A DNA stretch of 32,000 bases from Vibrio phage phi 3. Under the pieces are notes generated by a model, which saw only the letters and a list, made by a program, of their open reading frames with translations, ran no database searches and had not been told where the DNA came from. Shown piece after piece: positions 18,935 to 26,187 of the stretch. Each line of letters begins with the position of its first letter. Position 1 is the first letter of the stretch. A program made the position numbers and the translations under genes. The stretch is from sequence record KP280063.1. The stretch is one strand, 5' to 3'.

Positions 18935-20151
18935 TGTTTAGGTTCCTTTGGAGGCTTACCTCCCTCTTGACCTGATACACCCGTATTAGAACCCGCAATA
19001 TTTTGAGGTATCCTAATTTTATCCATTTCAGGGTCGTTAAGTGGCTCATACCTAAGCTCAATCCTACCCTCGTTACCGGTGATTATTCCATTATTTACTT
19101 TGGAACTAACGGCTTTAGCTTTCGCCTCTTCATCTGGGGCTAGGGCTGCTATATCATCAGTCATTAACTTTATATCGTAAGCGAAGAACAACTCAAACAC
19201 AGACTCGAATTTCTTCATCATTGGAAGTATAGTCATGTAGAAGAGCAGGTCAATGTTAGGCCTAATGTTAGCGTTATTACCAGAGTCTAGTAGTAGGGGA
19301 GGAACTCCCAGAGCTACGCAAACTTTCTTCTCAAAGTCAGCAACCTCGTTACCAACATCCAAGTCTTTAGTAGTGGTAGGGGTAAGTGTCCTAGCCTTCA
19401 TACCAGCATCTAAAATCTTGACAGAAGATTTACCCGTCTTAGGGTTGTAATCTAGAGATAACTCTTCTTCGTAGCGCTGTCTAAGCTTCTTATTAAGAAC
19501 AGTTTCTGTCTCCACGATTAAAGAAAACACTGCACCATTATCAAAGAACTTTTCTTTGAATTGCAGTAGTTTATCTCTGCGCACAATACCTTCCAGACTG
19601 CTAAGAATCCTAGAGTAACCACGTATTTGTGCAGAGTTTCCTGGCCTATAAGCGTTATCCTTAATAAAGATAATTTCATTTGGTTGAAATTCTACCTGAC
19701 CAGCATAAATAAAGCGATTGACATACTTAGTTGCATCAGCATACACTTCCATGTTATTGGCAGGTATATGATACAAGGAGTATCCGTCCCAATGTATAAA
19801 TGCCCAACCCTCCATTAGGAAGTCCATGATAACTAGCCTCCAGAATGTGCTAGTATCCATGAAAGGGTTTGGCCTTACATTTAGAATTTCTTTAAGCTTT
19901 TCTTTACGAATACCACCTGGAGCTTTCGACGAACCTAGAGCAGTAAAGGAGTATGCATCTTTAATATCGTAGCTTACTTGACATGCGCTATCAATAAGAA
20001 GGTTGACACATCTGTTAACTACCTCAACCCTCTCAAAAGCAGCTGCTGTAGTCCAAGGGGTCTTGTTACTACTGGTGGAAGCTGAGTCATCTCTAGCTAT
20101 AACCCTCTGAGCTGGGTTGAGCTTATTCATAAAATTATCTAACCAGCCCAT
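18931..20151 (-). CDS. portal protein (HK97 family)
   Basis: 406 aa; RPNPFMDTSTFWRLVIMDFLMEGWAFI...SRILSSLEGI...VALGVPPLLLDSG; between terminase and protease. Confidence 0.88.
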   Translation of the reverse strand: MGWLDNFMNKLNPAQRVIARDDSASTSSNKTPWTTAAAFERVEVVNRCVNLLIDSACQVSYDIKDAYSFTALGSSKAPGGIRKEKLKEILNVRPNPFMDTSTFWRLVIMDFLMEGWAFIHWDGYSLYHIPANNMEVYADATKYVNRFIYAGQVEFQPNEIIFIKDNAYRPGNSAQIRGYSRILSSLEGIVRRDKLLQFKEKFFDNGAVFSLIVETETVLNKKLRQRYEEELSLDYNPKTGKSSVKILDAGMKARTLTPTTTKDLDVGNEVADFEKKVCVALGVPPLLLDSGNNANIRPNIDLLFYMTILPMMKKFESVFELFFAYDIKLMTDDIAALAPDEEAKAKAVSSKVNNGIITGNEGRIELRYEPLNDPEMDKIRIPQNIAGSNTGVSGQEGGKPPKEPKQ

Positions 20152-20154
20152 TAA

Positions 20155-20637
20155 TTATACCTTAAAGCTAGAAATATCTAGCCTCTGTACCATGTACTTA
20201 CACAAGTCAGACTCACCATAGTTAGGTAAGCTAGGAGTTACTGACACAAGATTGTCTGGCAACCCTTCTGTACGTCCTCTTTGAATCCTTACCCAGTTGC
20301 GCTGCTTTTCAGCAGTATGTAGTGGGGGTTCTTGAGTGTATATCTTGTGTAGCAATACGTGGTGAGTGTTGCAAAGAGTAACAGTGTCCTCTACTAATTC
20401 ATGCCAATATTTCTTATAGAAGTCGTCCCGCATAGCGAGAACTTGTTCGTCAGTAGAGATAGGAATGCTATTCTCTCTGGCATAGTTCTTTAGAAGTAGG
20501 GACACTGTATGATAGTGGTGCAGTTCTAAATCTTCATTAGTACTGCAAATCTCACAATAATCTTTTTTACGATAATGAGACTTGATACCATCACGAATGT
20601 GTTTAGTAGCAACTCTCTTGTTAGTGTTGGCTGCCAT
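20155..20637 (-). CDS. HNH-type nuclease-like zinc protein
   Basis: Track start 20676, but MAANTNKR at 20637 has SD AAAGGAGG. CEICSTNEDLELHHYHTVSLL...CNTHHVLLH motif. Confidence 0.7.
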   Translation of the reverse strand: MAANTNKRVATKHIRDGIKSHYRKKDYCEICSTNEDLELHHYHTVSLLLKNYARENSIPISTDEQVLAMRDDFYKKYWHELVEDTVTLCNTHHVLLHKIYTQEPPLHTAEKQRNWVRIQRGRTEGLPDNLVSVTPSLPNYGESDLCKYMVQRLDISSFKV

Positions 20638-20718
20638 AAGGCCTCCTTTCAAACTTATGGAACTAGTATATAGCAATGAGAGAAAGATGTAAAGCAGGAA
20701 TTATTTCTCCTGCTTTGG

Positions 20719-22041
20719 CTACCTGCAATAAGTGTATATCGCATAACGTAATGCGTCAGCAAGGTGAGAGTACCCGTTGTGGTCAGGTTTCTCCTTACCA
20801 GTATTATCACTCTTAGGATCCCAACGGTAGTTAATAAACATCTCTCTAAGTTTAGGACAAGCATGTGATACTATTATCTTATCCTGTTCTAGGAGCGAAG
20901 CAACGTAGTTAATACCTTGGTTTATATCTTTCTTAGCAGACATACTAGCAATATCGTACTCTCCTGCTAGGTCAGCCCTAAATTGAGCTGCTGCAGAGTC
21001 ACAGAATATCATATCAATATCCCACTTGTCTATATCTCTCTGGAACCTTTCAGCGTGAACCCTAGTAGTCTTGGAGTTCAGCTCGTATTCACTAACTACG
21101 TAGAATATATCATCCTCTAGGTCGTACTTAATTACTACACTAGCTGTAGGGTCACGGAAACCGTGGTCGATGCCCATTATAGTCTCAAATCTAGTAGTAT
21201 CTGAGAAATCCATTTCTGACAAGTCTAGGAAGTGTCTATCAAATGAGAAAGCAGTATATATACGTCCTTGGAATACTGAGAAGTCTGCCTCATACTCTTG
21301 ACGGAAGAATTCATCAGAGTTAGTAACACGAGCTTGCTCAATATCCTCTAAGCTAGCACGGGGATTGTCTCTCCAGGTACCGTGAATTGCTACCCAGTTT
21401 GCTAGTTTAGGGTCTGTAGATTTGCCTTGTTCAAAGAAGGTCTTAAAATAGTTAGAACCACGAGGAGTACTAATAAAGATTGCTTTACTATTTGGTTTAT
21501 CCAGAGTAGGACGTAAAGCCACCATGAACGCCTTACCACCCTTGTCTGAAAGAGCAGCTTCGTCAAATACTATTAAGTCGTAAGAACGACCAACCGCAGA
21601 GTCCGCACGTTCAGCAGACGCTAACTTAATCAGAGTACCGTTACTTAAAACGATTTCCCTATCCTTAGCGTTCTCTTTCTCAGTATCTAAATTGAAGTAC
21701 TTAATATACTTCTTAATCTCAGTCCAGCCGATTTCAGCTAGGGAGTAGTTGGGTGCTACTATAAGTACCTTACTGTTAGGCTCCAGTGCTTTCAAGAATG
21801 CTAGAGCAAAGGACACGAATGACTTACCAACACGACGAGAAACACAAGCTACTACGAAACGGTGTCGGGGGTCATTAATAGCGTTAATTATAGCTATTTG
21901 CGGTTTGTTTAGTATAATTGGAGACCCATTGTCAGCTTTCAATAGGTCAACGAAAGGGTTTACAGGAAGTTTAAAGAAGCGAGTATCAATGTCAAAGTCT
22001 TCGATATACTCGCAATTTATATACTCGCGAGAACAGTACAT
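20719..22041 (-). CDS. terminase large subunit
   Basis: 440 aa; ATPase and nuclease motifs (VACVSRRVGKSF, LIVFDEAAL, MGIDHGFRDPTASVV, HPNGYSHLADALRYA region). Confidence 0.93.
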   Translation of the reverse strand: MYCSREYINCEYIEDFDIDTRFFKLPVNPFVDLLKADNGSPIILNKPQIAIINAINDPRHRFVVACVSRRVGKSFVSFALAFLKALEPNSKVLIVAPNYSLAEIGWTEIKKYIKYFNLDTEKENAKDREIVLSNGTLIKLASAERADSAVGRSYDLIVFDEAALSDKGGKAFMVALRPTLDKPNSKAIFISTPRGSNYFKTFFEQGKSTDPKLANWVAIHGTWRDNPRASLEDIEQARVTNSDEFFRQEYEADFSVFQGRIYTAFSFDRHFLDLSEMDFSDTTRFETIMGIDHGFRDPTASVVIKYDLEDDIFYVVSEYELNSKTTRVHAERFQRDIDKWDIDMIFCDSAAAQFRADLAGEYDIASMSAKKDINQGINYVASLLEQDKIIVSHACPKLREMFINYRWDPKSDNTGKEKPDHNGYSHLADALRYAIYTYCR

Positions 22042-22517
22042 TACTTACCTCCTGCTAGTTTTTGTAATAGTGCCATATAATTAGAGTCTTCGCTGCCAAC
22101 TATATTAATGTTGTTTTGAACGTTAGTCTGGTTAGCAGGAGAACCTTTAGCAGCCCTAGCTTTTTCAAGCTCAACCTCTAATTTCATCTCGTCCATTTTC
22201 ATTCTATGGTATGCTTTTGCTAACTCAAGAATATCAGCACTAGTACCAACACCGCTTGCCGTTATTTCATCAATCTTCATGTTAATAAGTTGATCCATGA
22301 GACCAAATAACCTATCACGGTTCCTAAAGCCTGTTTCATAGAACATTCTATTAATATAGGATTTTACTTCTGGTTTCTTTAGTTGCGCGTCGATCTCGGC
22401 CACCGGTAGGCCTAACTCCGACGCGACCTTTTTGGTATCACCACCAAGACTTAAATATGTCTCAGCGATTCTTAGCCCCTCAGGAGCTATAATATCTGGG
22501 AGTAGATTATCACTCAT
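22041..22517 (-). CDS. terminase small subunit-like protein
   Basis: 158 aa, HTH-like N-terminus (LSLGGDTKKVASELGLPVAEIDAQLKKPEVKSYI), overlaps large subunit start. Confidence 0.7.
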   Translation of the reverse strand: MSDNLLPDIIAPEGLRIAETYLSLGGDTKKVASELGLPVAEIDAQLKKPEVKSYINRMFYETGFRNRDRLFGLMDQLINMKIDEITASGVGTSADILELAKAYHRMKMDEMKLEVELEKARAAKGSPANQTNVQNNINIVGSEDSNYMALLQKLAGGK

Positions 22518-22539
22518 AGTATTCCTCCATTTACCTACG

Positions 22540-22568
22540 ATTATATATTAAAGATCCAAGCATGTCAA
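22540..22568 (-). promoter_or_regulatory. perfect-consensus sigma70 promoter for late structural operon
   Basis: Minus strand: TTGACA (22568-22563) N17 TATAAT (22545-22540). Confidence 0.85.
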
Positions 22569-22570
22569 AG

Positions 22571-22588
22571 CATGAATGTAGATTCATG
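22571..22588. promoter_or_regulatory. candidate operator dyad between divergent promoters
   Basis: CATGAAT-GTAG-ATTCATG inverted repeat adjoining the minus-strand -35 box. Confidence 0.45.
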
Positions 22589-22610
22589 TCGAGATTTTTA
22601 AAATACTGTA

Positions 22611-22639
22611 TTGATAATCACCTAGGGCTAGTGTATAAT
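22611..22639 (+). promoter_or_regulatory. sigma70 promoter for the receptor-binding protein gene
   Basis: TTGATA (22611-22616) N17 TATAAT (22634-22639). Confidence 0.85.
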
Positions 22640-22663
22640 GGAACTAATCGGAGGATTATTCAA

Positions 22664-24538
22664 ATGACTTTATACATTGGAAGAAAAAATAGTGGCGAAC
22701 CACTATTACACCTTACAAACACAGCTAGAACAGAAGCTGAGATGAAGACAGGGAACACGTTCTCTGACACTCTTTTTCACTCTGACATGCCATTTCTTAC
22801 TGTAATTGATATAATTACTATCACAGAATTCAATGATGCAGGAGTATACCCTGGGTGGAGCCCTTATAGGGCAGGAACCCCTAAAGTAACAGACCCAGCT
22901 ACTGTAGCAAAATTAGACTACTATTTTAACAACGGTTATTTATTTGATGCTAGGGCTATAAGTATAGCCCCTGCGGGGGTGGATGTGCAAGGGTTAGGTA
23001 CATTTGGTTCTAGCACCTCGTATAATAGGCTATTCTCTAGCCCTGTACTAAATGGTGAGTACAAAAATATCAGGGTTAGTGCAGGAATCTCTAACAGGTC
23101 TGCTGCCTCAGGAACTCCGCCATCCTTTGATAACTCTATTAGTGCTATACAGATAGCGTCTTCCTCAAGTAACCTAGTCACTCTATCTGGGGGTTTAGCT
23201 AGGGTAGGGGATTTAAATTTAAGGTTTGCTAACACCTCAAACTATATCAGTAATAGTGGCTCAGCTAGCGGGAGTCCGTCGCTGGTAACAAACTGGAGAA
23301 ATATCACAACTAGGATGCTCTATACTACAGGTGCATCGGCTGTAGGTCCATTCAGCTACCCCAATAACGGCAGCAACACTGCACTGCGTTTCAAGGTTCA
23401 AATATATATCTTCAATCTCAAGAAAACTTCCAACGGCAATGGCTATGAGTTTGGTAGGGCATATGGAAATAACGCAGCAATACGAATAAGCGGCCAAGAG
23501 ATTACTGTGGGAGATAAGAGTATAAAAGACCTCAGCTTTGCGTACACATCAGGAAGCTACTCTACTAGCACAGGAGGGGGTAGAAGGTATGACGAAGCGG
23601 GTGTGCTAGGCCAATCCCTACTTCTGGAGCATTATAACAGATCCTGTCATGACTGGTGGTATAACATTTACCCTGCAGCAAATATGAACCTTAGGATAAC
23701 CCCCGGGGGTAATATAACCACAACAGCGTATATAGAGATAACGCACATGGCTTTGAGGGCCACATATAAATACCCTACATTGAAGGTTGGAGACCCTATA
23801 AGCTTTGAGGTGACGGCTAACGAGATAAAGATGCGGGACGAATCTAACAACTCTATCAGTATAGCAAAAGTAGGCTCTGGAAGGCGCTTGAAGAAGTCTT
23901 ACCCACAATTTAAGGTGACCCTCCCTGGCCAGACCAACCTAACACCGCCTACGATGAGGGCAGGGGCTAGTGTTTATACTCAACCTACTAGCTCTGTAGT
24001 CATTGTGGGATTGACCACGTACACTAAGACCGAGGTCATTTCAGAGACGCCTATACCGGATGAGTTCTTCAATAGAGGTAAAACTTGCCACATTAGTGGG
24101 GGGTTAATAAATGGAACCCTTTCAATGTCGTCCTACGGCATGAATAAGACTATAGGGCTATCTAATATACGCGTGACTACCAGCCAGATTAACGCAGATA
24201 CTAGCTTGCCCGTGGGTCAGTTAGCGTCCTATAACTTTTATATAGAACAGAATATGAGTTATTATGACTTCTATTACATTCAAGCTACATATAGTAATGG
24301 GAATAAAGGGTCGGTTCAGATAAATTATAACGCCGAGGTTATAGGCAACACATATAGAATAACTAGAGTAACCAGAAGTACCTTGAGTAGCTCTCACATT
24401 CGTGGGTCTGTTATAACGGATTTTAACACAACTAGGTACTATGACGAGGTGCAGAGCGGAGTGGCGGACAATCAATTAGTTATAAACTACCCAGAAGTGA
24501 CGTTTAATCTACTGCTGTTGGGGGTTGAGGACAAGTAA
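22664..24538 (+). CDS. probable receptor-binding protein (T5 pb5/oad positional and N-terminal analogue)
   Basis: Track start 22562 lies inside the promoter region; ATG 22664 has SD GGAGG. N-terminus MTLYIGRKNSGEP...NTFSDTLFHSDMPFLTVID resembles T5 pb5 'SQTIFHSDMSHVIIT'. Divergent from terminase genes as in T5. Confidence 0.65.
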   Translation: MTLYIGRKNSGEPLLHLTNTARTEAEMKTGNTFSDTLFHSDMPFLTVIDIITITEFNDAGVYPGWSPYRAGTPKVTDPATVAKLDYYFNNGYLFDARAISIAPAGVDVQGLGTFGSSTSYNRLFSSPVLNGEYKNIRVSAGISNRSAASGTPPSFDNSISAIQIASSSSNLVTLSGGLARVGDLNLRFANTSNYISNSGSASGSPSLVTNWRNITTRMLYTTGASAVGPFSYPNNGSNTALRFKVQIYIFNLKKTSNGNGYEFGRAYGNNAAIRISGQEITVGDKSIKDLSFAYTSGSYSTSTGGGRRYDEAGVLGQSLLLEHYNRSCHDWWYNIYPAANMNLRITPGGNITTTAYIEITHMALRATYKYPTLKVGDPISFEVTANEIKMRDESNNSISIAKVGSGRRLKKSYPQFKVTLPGQTNLTPPTMRAGASVYTQPTSSVVIVGLTTYTKTEVISETPIPDEFFNRGKTCHISGGLINGTLSMSSYGMNKTIGLSNIRVTTSQINADTSLPVGQLASYNFYIEQNMSYYDFYYIQATYSNGNKGSVQINYNAEVIGNTYRITRVTRSTLSSSHIRGSVITDFNTTRYYDEVQSGVADNQLVINYPEVTFNLLLLGVEDK

Positions 24539-24552
24539 GCACAGGCCTAGCA

Positions 24553-25050
24553 CTACTTAGCACCGATAACCTTTTCTCGTATTTTTAAAAAGTTTTACGT
24601 GAGGGTGGGTGATAACTAGTCTAATAACCGCTTCTACTTAGCACCGATAACCTTTTCTCATATTTTTTAAAAGTTTTACGTGAGGGTGGGTTTATAGGGA
24701 GTACAAGTGATAACTAGTCTAATAACCGCCTCTACTTAGCACCGATAACCTTTTCTCGTATTTTTAAAAAGTTTTACGTGAGGGTGGGACTACAGTGGCT
24801 ACAAGTGATAACTAGTCTAATAACCGCTTCTACTCGTAACCGCTTCTACTTAGCACCGATAACCTTTTCTCGTATTTTTAAAAAGTTTTACGTGAGGGTG
24901 GGACTATAGGTGGATGCAAGTGATAACTAGTCTCATAACCGCCTCTACTCGTAACCGCCTCTACTTAGCACCGATAACCTTTTCTCGTATTTTTAAAAAG
25001 TTTTACGTGAGGGTGGGTCTATAGGTGGATGCAAGTGATAATTAGTCTCA
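24553..25050. repeat. array of five 57-bp direct repeats with secondary linker repeats
   Basis: CTACTTAGCACCGATAACCTTTTCTCGTATTTTTAAAAAGTTTTACGTGAGGGTGGG at 24553-24609, 24634-24690 (few differences), 24732-24788, 24846-24902, 24961-25017; linker GTGATAACTAGTCTMATAACCGCYTC repeated five times. Confidence 0.97.
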
Positions 25051-25068
25051 TTACCGCCCTACCCTATG

Positions 25069-25107
25069 AGCTGTACAGGTATTTGCTACCTGTACAGCTT
25101 TTTTATT
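25069..25107 (+). terminator. strong intrinsic terminator
   Basis: AGCTGTACAGGTA-TTTGC-TACCTGTACAGCT (13-bp perfect stem) then TTTTTTATT. Confidence 0.9.
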
Positions 25108-25136
25108 GCTTTTAACCTAGAAGCTGTACAAACAGT

Positions 25137-25766
25137 TTATAGGTTATCGACGAACTCAGGGAACAAAACGCAGTTCGCAGTGAGCGCATCCTCAATAAGC
25201 GACTCGTACAGTTGAACGGTATCTTCTTCACCTTGGCGGTACATGTCGGATAGTTGCATCTCTAACACTTGGTTTAAGATTTTGGCATCAATCACCGTGA
25301 TACCCATGTTAGCCGCTTCACGTAGTACACCGTTATGATCATCAAATAGGTGGTACTCAGCATTGGGGAAGGATTTAAAAACATGCTCGAACCAAGCGCG
25401 CTTGTATTCGGCATCGCCTAGCCCGTACAGCTTTTGTCCTTGTTCGATTCCGAATACATCGCACAAACGATCACGACTTAGGTGGATGTTAGCGCGTAAT
25501 CCGTTTTTGCGTAGGTAGTAGTAATCACTCTCCCCACAATGGCGAGCTGTCACAGTGATCACCGTTTCACCTTCTGCGATAAGCTTACGCATATACTCGG
25601 CGAGAGGTAACAGGCTATCGCCCATTATCTTTTCATGTGTACAAGCTTCCGCTACATACTTAGCAAGGTCTAAGTCGCCATTAGGACGCTTGCAAGGATC
25701 AACACGGTGATCGGAATTGATAACGGTTTGGTCAAGATCAAACATGTAAACAATTTTCTTTTTCAT
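25137..25766 (-). CDS. dmp: HAD-superfamily phosphatase, likely 5'-deoxyribonucleotidase (T5 Dmp-like)
   Basis: 209 aa; MFDLDQTVINSDHR...ETVITVTARH...LFDDHNGVLREAANMGI; located in T5-like pre-early block. Confidence 0.65.
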   Translation of the reverse strand: MKKKIVYMFDLDQTVINSDHRVDPCKRPNGDLDLAKYVAEACTHEKIMGDSLLPLAEYMRKLIAEGETVITVTARHCGESDYYYLRKNGLRANIHLSRDRLCDVFGIEQGQKLYGLGDAEYKRAWFEHVFKSFPNAEYHLFDDHNGVLREAANMGITVIDAKILNQVLEMQLSDMYRQGEEDTVQLYESLIEDALTANCVLFPEFVDNL

Positions 25767-25801
25767 TGGTACTTTCTCTCAATTAGTGAGGTTAGGGGTT
25801 A

Positions 25802-25820
25802 AAGCGCCCGAAAGCGCTTT
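25802..25820 (-). terminator. possible intrinsic terminator/hairpin
   Basis: AAAGCGC-CCGAAA-GCGCTTT stem, short T run only. Confidence 0.4.
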
Positions 25821-25824
25821 TCAG

Positions 25825-25840
25825 TGTTTCACGTGGAACA
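25825..25840. promoter_or_regulatory. parS-like ParB binding site (chromosome I/universal type), site 1
   Basis: TGTTTCACGTGGAACA; reverse complement TGTTCCACGTGAAACA equals the classical bacterial parS consensus. Intergenic, abutting a stop codon. Confidence 0.85.
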
Positions 25841-26116
25841 CTACTCAGTGAAGGTGATAGAGCAGTTGACCGGACGGGTTAAGACAATGTTGTCAGGTAG
25901 ATCGCCGTAGTTACCTGCGTAATCAATCTTACCGCTTGACGCATCGAATATAATCAATTCGTCTTCGTCTGCCGCAAATACAGCGAAAGCGTTGTTATCT
26001 TGGTAGATAGCTAGGTAAGCGCGATTGCTGCACTCACGGGGTACACCACTTGCGCAAGTGATTTGGATCGGAGTAAATCCTTTTTTAACATCAATAGTGT
26101 TTTCGACCTTAATCAT
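25841..26116 (-). CDS. hypothetical pre-early protein
   Basis: 91-aa ORF, same strand as neighbours. Confidence 0.65.
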   Translation of the reverse strand: MIKVENTIDVKKGFTPIQITCASGVPRECSNRAYLAIYQDNNAFAVFAADEDELIIFDASSGKIDYAGNYGDLPDNIVLTRPVNCSITFTE

Positions 26117-26172
26117 TTCTTAACTCTCCTAATATCTCAGGGTTAAGGGCTAGGGACTACCTAGCCCGATTG

Positions 26173-26187
26173 ATTTACAGTGTAAAT
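26173..26187. promoter_or_regulatory. Vibrio chromosome II-type parS2 site 1
   Basis: ATTTACAGTGTAAAT matches NTTTACANTGTAAAN; directly adjacent to the A1-like stop codon. Confidence 0.75.

Noticed and set aside
22562-22663. N-terminal 34-aa extension of the plus-strand ORF in the track (MSKHECRFMSRFL...)
   Set aside because: It covers the -35/-10 promoter and operator dyad; ATG 22664 has a strong SD.
22936-24475. Minus-strand ORFs antisense to the receptor-binding gene
   Set aside because: Overlap a strong plus-strand coding frame; no supporting features.
24590-25010. GTTTTACGTGAGGGT in each repeat as degenerate parS
   Set aside because: Only about 10 of 16 positions match, one half-site only; not called as parS.
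24553-25017. CRISPR array
   Set aside because: Repeat units are 57 bp and the linkers themselves are conserved rather than unique spacers; no cas genes.
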